Assembly (NCBI RefSeq): GCF_000341395.1
Contig: NC_020304.1
Span: 1,950,001 to 1,982,000 of the forward strand
Direction of reading: 5' to 3'
DNA: 32,000 nucleotides
From: Desulfocapsa sulfexigens DSM 10523
Lineage (GTDB): Bacteria > Desulfobacterota > Desulfobulbia > Desulfobulbales > Desulfocapsaceae
Shown: positions 1 to 8,399 of the stretch, in pieces
How positions within the stretch are numbered: position 1 is the stretch's first letter
Layout of the letters: each line of letters starts with the position of its first letter
The notes under the pieces: generated by a model
The model's input: the letters and a program-made list of their open reading frames with translations, nothing else
What the model was told of the DNA's origin: nothing
The model's database searches: none
Program-made: the position numbers and the translations under genes

Positions 1-819
1 AAGTAAAAATGCTCCCTTAATAGAAGCGGTATCACTCTTATCCATTCTAGCCGCCACCTGTCCCTGCAGGTAGCGCCTGTTGCCTAATCCGGTCAAAGCA
101 TCACTATAGGCATTTTTCCTCAATCTGTTCGCCACCCGCGCCTGTTCATCGAACATCTTTTTCACTTTAGCGGTCATGCTATTCATCGCAACAACAACCC
201 GTCGCAGTTCACGGGTTCTCGGGAGCTTCTCTTGGAATGTGTACTGTTTTTTGCAGAGGGCCTCTGCCTGCTGTTCAACCCGCCGTAAAGGCTTGAGCAG
301 GGCTCGCAAGCCAAGGGCGCCCAGCACTATCACAATAACACCTGTAACGCCAAAAATTTTTGTCATATTACAGATGGCTTCCCAGAGTGTTTTATAGGCA
401 TACCCCGGGTGACTTTCCACATAGAGACTGCCTCTCTGTGTCCATCCTGCAGTTAGCAGTGTACTGGCACCTGGAGTTTTTAAGGGGACAGCTCTTATAA
501 ACCAGGCCGGAACATCGTTGATAATGACCTTAAGGGTTCTATCTATATGGACTGTATCATCCAGGTCAGTGAGCCGAATTGTACGATAATACCCACGATC
601 AAAAACAACATTGATCATGGTTTCGATTGTAGCCATATCGTTCTCAGCAATATAGGGGGTGATCGATAATCCTAGAGAGGTTGCTGTATCCTGGGCATGG
701 GATTCGAGCTGGTCTTCAAGAAAAGAACGTGTACCCTGGAGTTTGATGATCCATGTACAGGTGAAAAGAACAAAAAAGAGTACTAATGTAAATATGAGCA
801 GTTGTCTGTAAAGTGTCAT
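1..819 (-). CDS. lapD: LapD-like c-di-GMP receptor/transducer, N-terminal 273 codons only (C-terminus lies outside the window)
   Basis: Hand translation from ATG 819-817 stays open to nt 1: MTLYRQLLIFTLVLFFVLFTC (TM1), a ~130 aa periplasmic domain with GWTQ (nt 436-447), TM2 (IFGVTGVIVIVLGALGL), a HAMP-like helix, then the GGDEF start YSDALTGLGNRRYL. It lies 15 nt downstream of lapG. It is not in the ORF track because it is truncated. Confidence 0.75.
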   Translation of the reverse strand, partial: MTLYRQLLIFTLVLFFVLFTCTWIIKLQGTRSFLEDQLESHAQDTATSLGLSITPYIAENDMATIETMINVVFDRGYYRTIRLTDLDDTVHIDRTLKVIINDVPAWFIRAVPLKTPGASTLLTAGWTQRGSLYVESHPGYAYKTLWEAICNMTKIFGVTGVIVIVLGALGLRALLKPLRRVEQQAEALCKKQYTFQEKLPRTRELRRVVVAMNSMTAKVKKMFDEQARVANRLRKNAYSDALTGLGNRRYLQGQVAARMDKSDTASIKGAFLL

Positions 820-834
820 ACACCGAACCTCACG

Positions 835-1701
835 TTATTGTATACTGGCAGGCATTCTCTCAAGCAGGTCATTCCATAATTTGAGTCTGTCACTTTTTCC
901 CACCAGGTCACCTCTGCCTCGCTCTTTTGCCAGCCACAGTCCAGCACCATTGAAACTGTATACAGGAAGCAGGTCTGATCTTTGTGTTGCTGGCTTAATG
1001 GCATTGATAAGATTATCGAGAACCAAAGGCACAGCAGTGGGTGTTTTATAATAGGTAAGCACCATATGACTTTGATTTAATTTCCAGGCCTTAACATACG
1101 TCAGGGTAAGTTTTTTCTCAGGAACCCCCAACATCTTCAGAGTAAAATATTTTGAAAGGGCAAAATCTTCGCAGTCGCCGCCATCACTTGCAAGAAACTC
1201 TACCGGAGTGGCCCAATAATCTTTTTTTGACCAATGTATTGCATCACTGACAAAATTGAGTTGATTAAAGAATCTGTTTACTTTTTCCAGCTTTTCAATA
1301 TCGGTACGACTCGTATCTTCACGGACAAACTGCTGCCAGGCCAGAAGTCTTTTTCTTGCATCAACACCATATTTATCCTCAGCAGTATCGAGTAAAGATG
1401 AATCAAGTGTGAAAATTTCGTTGGCTGAGGCAATCTGGCCTGCAAAAAAAAAGAGTAAGAACACAAATGCGAAGGGTAGTAGAGTGTTGTTGGCAAATTT
1501 GAGGACGGAGCTACTGCGGGAAAGGACTAGTTGAATAATTGTTAATGGTGCGTTAACGGAATTTAATACAATTGCGCCATATCGATTGCTGGATCGGCTC
1601 TGCAACAAACCGTTGCCATCAATCATGAGTAAATCCCTGAAGTATAACGGGATACAATAAATACGGTCCTCAAACTGGCCATCCATTGTATCCCGCTTCA
1701 A
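835..1701 (-). CDS. lapG: LapG-type periplasmic transglutaminase-like cysteine protease (BTLCP family). The start is uncertain: ATG 1701, ATG 1626 or TTG 1608/1605.
   Basis: Cys/His/Asp contexts are DGGDCEDFALSKYF, SHMVLTYY and LVLDNL. There is an internal signal/anchor LLPFAFVFLLFFFAGQIASA. The gene sits between a TolC-family gene and the lapD-like gene. Confidence 0.85.
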   Translation of the reverse strand: MKRDTMDGQFEDRIYCIPLYFRDLLMIDGNGLLQSRSSNRYGAIVLNSVNAPLTIIQLVLSRSSSVLKFANNTLLPFAFVFLLFFFAGQIASANEIFTLDSSLLDTAEDKYGVDARKRLLAWQQFVREDTSRTDIEKLEKVNRFFNQLNFVSDAIHWSKKDYWATPVEFLASDGGDCEDFALSKYFTLKMLGVPEKKLTLTYVKAWKLNQSHMVLTYYKTPTAVPLVLDNLINAIKPATQRSDLLPVYSFNGAGLWLAKERGRGDLVGKSDRLKLWNDLLERMPASIQ

Positions 1702-1721
1702 TCCAAAAAATCTTTTTTATC

Positions 1722-3056
1722 TTATTGCTTTTCTGATACAACAAGAGGGCCAATAGATACCTGACTCTCTTCTGGCCACTCCTTATCAAAAGACTTAACC
1801 AGTTGTCCCAAACCATTCAAAATACGGTATTGGGCGTACAATCCATCATATCTGGCTTCAACCAGAGCTCGTTTGGCGTCAATGACCTCGGCCTCACTAT
1901 CAAGAACATCAAGTAAAGTCCGTTTGCCAAGATTAAATTGTTTGGTATATGCATCAGCAGTACCGGTGGCAAAATCGACTCGTTGCTCCAGATAGTTAAT
2001 CTGATCCTTGGCGGCTTGGTAGGCCATCCATGAAAGCTTCATGGACTGAACTACCTGCCTGTGAGTATTATTCCTTATTTCTCGTGCTTCACTTACAAGT
2101 TCGACGGTCTCAGCCCGACGTGCCTCATCCTTAAATCCACGGAAAAAGTTATAGCGAAGTTTGATCATTGCCGTAAGGGAATCCATCTTCCCTTCGGTAG
2201 CAGAAGTATAATCATTTTCCCAGGTCTGATCGACTTCCAGGTCAATAATGGGCCAATAAGGCGCCTTTGCTACTTCATATTGCTTTTCTCTGGCTTCAAG
2301 ATCGGCTCCCGCAGATTTCAATGTTGGATGCATTTTTATCGCTTCGGATTCCGCATCCTCAAGGGTGGCAGGTATCAGACTCTCCGGGGATACTGGTTCT
2401 TGCAGATCAGTCGGAAGATGGCCAACGACAGCAAAGAAATTGGTTTGGGCATCAAGCACGTTTGTTTTTGTTGCAACGACATTTGCCTGAGCCAGAGCAA
2501 GGCGACCAGAAACCTGATCACTGTCTGACTTACTGGCAACACCGGATTCGCTTCGCAGATTAATCTGATCAGCAATGCGTACATGGGTGTCAAGATTTTC
2601 CTGGGACAGGCGCTCGAGTTCTTGTTGTCGAAGGACATTTAAATATACTTCTGTCGTTCTCAATGCCATATTTTCAGAGGCACCCTGAAGGCTATAAGCT
2701 TGAGATCGCACACGTGCCTCTTGACGCTCTACTTCATTTATGGTCGCTAAACCAGTAAAAATATTTTGTCTCAAACTGAGAGTATACTGTTCGGGATTAC
2801 CAGTGTCACTCTCAGGTTCCTGGTAGTCTGCGACACCGACTCCTGCAATAAAATTAAGTTCTGGTAAATATCCTGATCTTGCCTGTTTTACTTCTTGATC
2901 ACGACCAAGCCGATTATGGGCCATGGATCTGATTTCAGGGTTTGTTTGAAGCATTGTGTCTATGGCATCCTGCAGTGTTTCTGCAGGGAGAGAGCTTCCA
3001 TCAAATAATAAAACTCCACCAATGAGCGTCGAACTCAATAATTTAGTGACCTTCAT
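1722..3056 (-). CDS. TolC-family type I secretion outer-membrane protein (LapE-like)
   Basis: Signal peptide MKVTKLLSSTLIGGVLLF, then TLQDAIDTMLQTNPEIRS and two OEP-like repeats. GGGAGG lies 9 nt upstream of ATG 3056, so I prefer that start over the track start at 3077. Confidence 0.85.
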   Translation of the reverse strand: MKVTKLLSSTLIGGVLLFDGSSLPAETLQDAIDTMLQTNPEIRSMAHNRLGRDQEVKQARSGYLPELNFIAGVGVADYQEPESDTGNPEQYTLSLRQNIFTGLATINEVERQEARVRSQAYSLQGASENMALRTTEVYLNVLRQQELERLSQENLDTHVRIADQINLRSESGVASKSDSDQVSGRLALAQANVVATKTNVLDAQTNFFAVVGHLPTDLQEPVSPESLIPATLEDAESEAIKMHPTLKSAGADLEAREKQYEVAKAPYWPIIDLEVDQTWENDYTSATEGKMDSLTAMIKLRYNFFRGFKDEARRAETVELVSEAREIRNNTHRQVVQSMKLSWMAYQAAKDQINYLEQRVDFATGTADAYTKQFNLGKRTLLDVLDSEAEVIDAKRALVEARYDGLYAQYRILNGLGQLVKSFDKEWPEESQVSIGPLVVSEKQ

Positions 3057-3487
3057 CGTATTATTCCTCCCTATCAATTAAGAATAAATGTGTAAGTACT
3101 GTTCTGTGAAAACTCCCCGCTCCTCTAGTCTTTCACATTTATACAAAAAGGTCAAAGCAAAAGGGGCAAACTGAAAAGAATTGGTGACTATCAAGCATAC
3201 TCAGATAAACGTAATATCAGCTAATTACTCTTCGGCCATAAAGTCAGGGGATATCAAACAGTAGGCGTATGCCCTCCCCCCTGGAAAATTTTTCGTAAGC
3301 TCGGCCTGCTTGGCACTCTAACAAGCTTCATGATGGCTCAGAAGATCGGTTGTTGTCTGTTCTGTTGGATTGGCAGAGCGTCTTACCAAGGAAATAAGAA
3401 AACTGCCTTATCAAAAAAAAATATTTATTCTATCCCGATAGCGTTTTACTCCCTATGTTGTCGTTTTCTCAACTATATGTGTCTCGA

Positions 3488-3505
3488 CTAGGTAAATATA
3501 CCTAG
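3488..3505. promoter_or_regulatory. Perfect 7-bp inverted repeat CTAGGTA-aata-TACCTAG, a possible operator upstream of hup
   Basis: Read directly from the sequence. It lies ~160 bp upstream of the hup ATG in a 600-bp intergenic region. No known binding factor is assigned. Confidence 0.25.
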
Positions 3506-3661
3506 AAAAGAATGCGTATTTCCCTCAATTGTTTTTTTGTTTCGGCTGTGGTCTCTAAAGAAACGAAAACTGAGTTGCCATTCAGTGAAGGATCCTGTCA
3601 TTTAGTGGCCTGTGGGAAATTGAATGTGCCGGACCGGAAGAAATGAAAAAGGGGAGAGGAT

Positions 3662-3934
3662 ATGAATAAGGCAGAGCTTGTGGCGTCGGTTGCAGAGACA
3701 GCAGGAACCACTAAGGTGAAGGCGGAAATGGTTTTAAATGGCGTTCTGGAGAAATTGGTGGAAACAATGAAGGATGGTGAAAAGGTCAGTCTGTTGGGTT
3801 TTGGGACATTTAGTGTTGTTGAACGTGTGCAGAAGAAAGGACGTAACCCTCAGACTGGTAAGGATATTGTCATTCCAGCGCACAACGCTGTTAAGTTTAA
3901 ACCAGGAAAAACTCTGTATGGCAGAGTTCAGTAG
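3662..3934 (+). CDS. hup: HU family DNA-binding protein
   Basis: 90 aa with MNKAELV..., GFGTFSV, RNPQTG and KFKPGK motifs. RBS GGGGAGAGGA lies just upstream. Confidence 0.95.
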   Translation: MNKAELVASVAETAGTTKVKAEMVLNGVLEKLVETMKDGEKVSLLGFGTFSVVERVQKKGRNPQTGKDIVIPAHNAVKFKPGKTLYGRVQ

Positions 3935-3964
3935 CTCAAAAGCTTTATCGGTACCCCATCAGCG

Positions 3965-4000
3965 TCCGATCAGGTCACTGAACAAGATGACCTGATCGGA
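3965..4000. terminator. 13-bp perfect hairpin (TCCGATCAGGTCA / TGACCTGATCGGA, 10-nt loop) between convergent hup and lgt
   Basis: Inverted repeat read from the sequence. It is extendable to ~21 bp with 2 mismatches. There is no clear U-tract, so its terminator function is uncertain. Confidence 0.4.
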
Positions 4001-4118
4001 TGCTGGTGGAGTACGGAGTTTACGTTTATTTGCTAAATCCTCTCAGCGTTGATTGTTAAAGGGATAAAAAGTTCTTTGGGTCAGAGGTAGGTCGGCTAGA
4101 ACGTAGTAAGTCCCAACC

Positions 4119-4922
4119 CTATTTCTGTGTGTACTGATTTATTCGTATTTTCCATAGAATAATTCCGCCAAGCACCATCAATCCACTAAGAAGTTGTCCA
4201 CGTGTTATCACCCCAAACATAAATCCAATGTGCTGGTCTGGTTCGCGGAACAGCTCTACGAAAATCCGTAAGCAACCATAGCCTACAAGAAAGAAACTGA
4301 GCATACTTCCGTGTGGCCAGTTCCTGTTTTTTTTCCATGGACGGTCTTTGAAAAACCACAGGATTGCAAAAAGAAGAAACCCCTCAAGCATCATTTGGTA
4401 GAGTTGGGAAGGGTGCCGTGGCAGCGGACCACCACCTGGAAACACCATGGCCCATGGAACCGTTGTCGTTCGGCCGAATAATTCACCATTGATAAAGTTT
4501 CCAAAACGGCCAAGAGCAAAACCAATTGGCATTGTTACCACATAGAGATCGGCACAGGTCCAGAAATCAAGTTTGTTCTTTTTAGTGTACAGGTAACCAC
4601 CGGCAAGGCATCCAATACAGGCACCATGGAAGGACATTCCCCCGGTCCATGTTGCAGGGATTTCGAGCGGGTGTTGTATGTAGTAGGAAAAGTTGTAAAA
4701 GAGCACATATCCCAGGCGTCCGCCGACAACCACGGAAAGGATAAGAATAAGGTTGAGGTTTTCGAAATAGGGTTCGAGTGCCTTGTAGGAAAAGTCCCGG
4801 ATCTGTTTCAGGACAAGGAAGTAAGTGGCTGTAAAGCCAAGGACATACATAAGGCCGTACCAGCGAACCTGTAACGGGCCTATTCCAAAGATAACAGGAT
4901 CAATGTCCGGAAAAGTCATCAT
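4119..4922 (-). CDS. lgt: Prolipoprotein diacylglyceryl transferase
   Basis: [12 protein letters not shown] and [15 protein letters not shown] hallmarks. The start overlaps the mnmG stop (ATGA). Confidence 0.95.
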   Translation of the reverse strand: MMTFPDIDPVIFGIGPLQVRWYGLMYVLGFTATYFLVLKQIRDFSYKALEPYFENLNLILILSVVVGGRLGYVLFYNFSYYIQHPLEIPATWTGGMSFHGACIGCLAGGYLYTKKNKLDFWTCADLYVVTMPIGFALGRFGNFINGELFGRTTTVPWAMVFPGGGPLPRHPSQLYQMMLEGFLLFAILWFFKDRPWKKNRNWPHGSMLSFFLVGYGCLRIFVELFREPDQHIGFMFGVITRGQLLSGLMVLGGIILWKIRINQYTQK

Positions 4923-6817
4923 CTGTTTTCCCGCCCCTGGAGCTTTTTCAGGTGAACCTGAAGGACGGAGATTGCGGCGGGGGTAACTCCGGAAATTCGT
5001 GATGCCTGTCCCAGTGAAAGGGGGCGCACTTTTCCTAGTTTCTCAACTACTTCATTGGAAAGGCCGGAGAGTGTTTTGTAATCAATGTCTTCCGGAAGTG
5101 CTGATTCCTCCATCTTTTTAAAACGGACAACCTGCTCTTCCTGACGTTTCAGGTAGCCCTGAAATTTGACCTTGAGTTGGATTTCATCGTGCACAGATGA
5201 CTCTATCAGGCGTTTAACTGCGTCCTGGGCTTCGGGTGGAATCGTGGGGAGCCTGCTGATCTTGGCAAGCGTTAATTCTGGTCTGCGCAAAAGTTCAGAC
5301 AGTTTACATTTCTGTTTCAGGGGGACGGTTCCCTCTGCAGTGAGAAGTGCATTGGTGGGCTCGTCTGGTTTGACCTGGGTTGATTCAAGCAGAGCCACGC
5401 CCTTATCAAGGGCTGCCTGTTTACTCAAAAACTGTTGAAACTCTTCTTCCTGTAACAGTCCGATGCTATGGCCAATTTCGCAGAGCCTGCTGTCAGCGTT
5501 GTCTTCTCGAAGCAGGAGGCGGTACTCTGCCCGTGAAGTGAAGAGCCGGTAGGGCTCTTTTGTGCCACAGGTAACAAGGTCATCAATGAGAACACCAATA
5601 TAAGCCTGGGCACGGCTGAGAATAAGGGGCTCCCGGCCACGTATCAGATGAACTGCATTGATAGCAGCCATCAGGCCCTGAGCTGCCGCTTCTTCATATC
5701 CTGAGGTACCGTTGATCTGTCCGGCCAGAAAGAGGCTGGATACTCGTTTTGTCTCCAGGTTTGGTTTCAGCTCCAGTGGGTCAATATAGTCATATTCAAT
5801 GGCGTATCCCGGTCGTACGATAGTTGCTTTTTCCAATCCTTTAATGGAGTGGAGCATGGCGAGCTGGGTGGAAAGTGGCAGGCTTGTTGGCAGGCCGTTT
5901 GGGTAGACCTCTGTGGTATCCAGTCCTTCAGGTTCCAGAAAAACCTGATGTCTGTCTTTTTCTGGAAAACGCATCACCTTGTCTTCAATGGAGGGACAAT
6001 ATCTAGCACCGATCCCTTCTATGATTCCAGCATACATAGGGGATTGGTCAATACCCGCTCTGATTGCCGCATGTGTTTCCAGGTTGGTATAGGTGATGTG
6101 GCAGGGGCGTTGTGGAAGTGTATATTTCCCCTTGCTTGAAAAGGAAAAAAAGGCTGGTGGTTGATCGGAATGCTGTTCTTCGAGTTCCGAATAGTCGATG
6201 GTTCTGGCATCAATCCGCGGTACAGTTCCCGTTTTCATCCGTCCCATGTTGAACCCAGCCTCATGGAACCATTTTGAAAGATTAGTAGAGGGTGGATCGC
6301 CCATGCGTCCTGCCGGAAAATTTTTTAGACCAATATGAGTGAGGCCGTTGAGAAAGGTTCCGGTGGCAACGATAACTGCCTTGAGCGCAATTTCTTCATC
6401 AAGAGTTGTTCGTAAGCCACAGATTCGGCCATCTTTGGTAATGAGAGAATCGACCTCTGCCTGTTTGATCTCAAGATTTTCCTGAGATTCCATCACCGAT
6501 TTCATGCGTAGCCGATAGAGAAGGCGGTCGGCTTGGGCGCGAGAGGAACGAACGGCAGGACCTTTGCTGGTGTTAAGTCTGCGGAACTGGATTGAGGTAG
6601 CGTCAATGTTTTTTGCCATTTCACCGCCAAGGGCATCTATTTCCCGGACCAGATGGCCCTTTGCCAGACCGCCAATGGCAGGATTGCAGGACATGGCCCC
6701 TATGGTGTCTATATTTATGACGAGCACCAGCGTTTTGCAGCCCATTCTGGCGGCAGCAAGAGCTGCCTCACAACCGGCATGACCGGCTCCAATGACTGCT
6801 ATATCATATGATTCCAT
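4919..6817 (-). CDS. mnmG: tRNA uridine-5-carboxymethylaminomethyl modification enzyme MnmG (GidA)
   Basis: 632 aa. FAD fold [23 protein letters not shown], plus [16 protein letters not shown]. Confidence 0.97.
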   Translation of the reverse strand: MESYDIAVIGAGHAGCEAALAAARMGCKTLVLVINIDTIGAMSCNPAIGGLAKGHLVREIDALGGEMAKNIDATSIQFRRLNTSKGPAVRSSRAQADRLLYRLRMKSVMESQENLEIKQAEVDSLITKDGRICGLRTTLDEEIALKAVIVATGTFLNGLTHIGLKNFPAGRMGDPPSTNLSKWFHEAGFNMGRMKTGTVPRIDARTIDYSELEEQHSDQPPAFFSFSSKGKYTLPQRPCHITYTNLETHAAIRAGIDQSPMYAGIIEGIGARYCPSIEDKVMRFPEKDRHQVFLEPEGLDTTEVYPNGLPTSLPLSTQLAMLHSIKGLEKATIVRPGYAIEYDYIDPLELKPNLETKRVSSLFLAGQINGTSGYEEAAAQGLMAAINAVHLIRGREPLILSRAQAYIGVLIDDLVTCGTKEPYRLFTSRAEYRLLLREDNADSRLCEIGHSIGLLQEEEFQQFLSKQAALDKGVALLESTQVKPDEPTNALLTAEGTVPLKQKCKLSELLRRPELTLAKISRLPTIPPEAQDAVKRLIESSVHDEIQLKVKFQGYLKRQEEQVVRFKKMEESALPEDIDYKTLSGLSNEVVEKLGKVRPLSLGQASRISGVTPAAISVLQVHLKKLQGRENR

Positions 6818-6995
6818 GAGTGTTGACTATTGTTTAAGAGTTGTTGTATTGGTATGTTACCTTTATTCGTCATGTGGCGGATATGAATAATGGTCGTAAA
6901 TTTTACTAGTATTCACTAGAATAACAGGCTAACCGTACCTGCGCAACCTGTACAATTATGCAATCTCTATTCTCCCCCTCTTTAGGGATATAATT

Positions 6996-8396
6996 ATGTT
7001 TGGAAAAAAAAATACACCTTCAGAAAGTATTCTGATTTTGGGCCTTGGCGGGATTGGTTTGTATCTCGCCAAGCGTCTGGTCCATGAAGGCTATGCCGTA
7101 ACAATTATTGAGGCCAGTAGTCAACTTATCAGTCGGGCTGATGAGAGTCTTGATGCACGTCTCATTACAGGTTCTGCAATGTCTATCGAATGCTGGAAAG
7201 AAGCCAATGCAGAGAGTATGGATTTTATGATTGCCGTTACCGATAACGATGCGGTAAACATGCTCTCCGCCATGATAGCGCATGGTTTCGGTATCGAACA
7301 GAAGATTTCAAGGGTACGTTCACTGGAATATGGTCAAAAGGACTCTTTGTTACAAGCAGATGATTTGAAGGTAGATCTTTTTATTCACCCTGAAGAGCTG
7401 GCAGCCCAGGAAATTGTTCGTTTGATTAAACGTACGGCAGGGGATGAGATTATCGATGTAGCCCTTGGAAAAATGCAGGCCATGGCGGTGCAAGTTGACG
7501 ATGATTCGCAGTTTGCCCATAAGACACTTATTGAAATTGCGCGAGCATATAATGATATTGCCTTCCGGGTTGTGGCGATTGCCAGGGGAATAAGCACTAT
7601 TATTCCCACGGGTAAAACTGAAGTTCTGCCTCATGACCAGATACTGATCATGGCGGGTACTGAAGAATTGCCTCGTTTAATGGAGTTGACAGGTATAAAA
7701 AAACAGCATCGTTTACGGGTGATGATTGTCGGTGGAGGGCTGGTTGGAAGCAGAATTGCACAGCTTCTTGGGAAGACCGTTCGGGTAAAGCTCCTTGAAA
7801 AGGATAAAGAACGGGCCACCGAACTGGCGTCCCTGTTACCGGATACTGAAATACTGCTTGGTGATGGTTCCGATAAGGATGTTTTGAGCGCTGGAGGCCT
7901 GGCCGACATGGACACATTTATCTCGGCAACAGGAGAGAACGAAACCAATATCATGACCTGTATGTTGGTAAAGCATATTGTTGAGAATCAAGGGACGACC
8001 CAGCATAAAATAAAAACGATTTCTCTGGTAAATAAGGAGGAATATGTGGTTCTGGCTTCAACCAGTGGTTCTGATATTGCCATTAATAAAAAAATTCTTG
8101 CCGGAAATGAGATTTTTACTTTTATTCGCAGAAGTGAAATGCTGTCGGTGTCTCATATGCATGGTTTTGATGCGGAAGTGGTTGATTTGATAGCTGCTCC
8201 GAAATCTACGATTACCAAAAAAACTCTGGCAAACCTTGATGGCAAATTGGCCGAGCATATTATCGTTGGTTCTGTCTTCCGGGATGGCAAATGGGAAACG
8301 GCGGTGGGTGAAACCCAGGTGAATGCCGGAGATCGGGCAATTGTGATCTGTGATTCCCTGTACCTGAAGAACGTTCGCGAGCTCTTTTTGAACTGA
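6996..8396 (+). CDS. trkA: Trk potassium uptake system NAD-binding subunit TrkA (tandem RCK)
   Basis: Two Rossmann motifs, ILILGLGGIGLYLAKRL and VMIVGGGLVGSRIAQLL. 466 aa. Confidence 0.9.
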   Translation: MFGKKNTPSESILILGLGGIGLYLAKRLVHEGYAVTIIEASSQLISRADESLDARLITGSAMSIECWKEANAESMDFMIAVTDNDAVNMLSAMIAHGFGIEQKISRVRSLEYGQKDSLLQADDLKVDLFIHPEELAAQEIVRLIKRTAGDEIIDVALGKMQAMAVQVDDDSQFAHKTLIEIARAYNDIAFRVVAIARGISTIIPTGKTEVLPHDQILIMAGTEELPRLMELTGIKKQHRLRVMIVGGGLVGSRIAQLLGKTVRVKLLEKDKERATELASLLPDTEILLGDGSDKDVLSAGGLADMDTFISATGENETNIMTCMLVKHIVENQGTTQHKIKTISLVNKEEYVVLASTSGSDIAINKKILAGNEIFTFIRRSEMLSVSHMHGFDAEVVDLIAAPKSTITKKTLANLDGKLAEHIIVGSVFRDGKWETAVGETQVNAGDRAIVICDSLYLKNVRELFLN

Positions 8397-8399
8397 TAT

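Noticed and set aside
3161-3196. A GGGGCAAACTGAAAAGAATTGGTGAC stretch faintly reminiscent of a c-di-GMP-I (GEMM) riboswitch, which is tempting given the lapGD genes next door
   Set aside because: It is on the plus strand and so points away from the lap operon. The conserved GGGACGCAAAGCC-type core is not present. The resemblance is limited to GGCAAAC plus a GAAA.
3311-3327. TGGCAC-N5-CAAGC, a possible sigma54 promoter
   Set aside because: The -12 element does not match TTGC. The site is ~350 nt from the nearest downstream start codon.
3330-3491. A 53-codon Cys-rich small ORF (MMAQKIGCCLFCWIGRASYQ...LCCRFLNYMCLD) in the long intergenic region
   Set aside because: There is no Shine-Dalgarno sequence upstream and the composition resembles non-coding AT-rich DNA. 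I have no way to test conservation here. It is worth a glance only if ribosome profiling data exist.
3057-3661. Possible oriC in the long AT-rich gap near hup, and likewise in 6818-6995 next to mnmG
   Set aside because: Scanning by eye found no 9-mer closer than 7/9 to TTATCCACA or TGTGGATAA, and no cluster of boxes. The 6818-6995 gap is only 178 bp.
6818-6995. A c-di-AMP (ydaO-type) riboswitch upstream of trkA, since such riboswitches control potassium transporters in some phyla
   Set aside because: There are no ACGGGGA or CCCA-type conserved cores and no pseudo-symmetric helices. The region is AT-rich promoter-like DNA.
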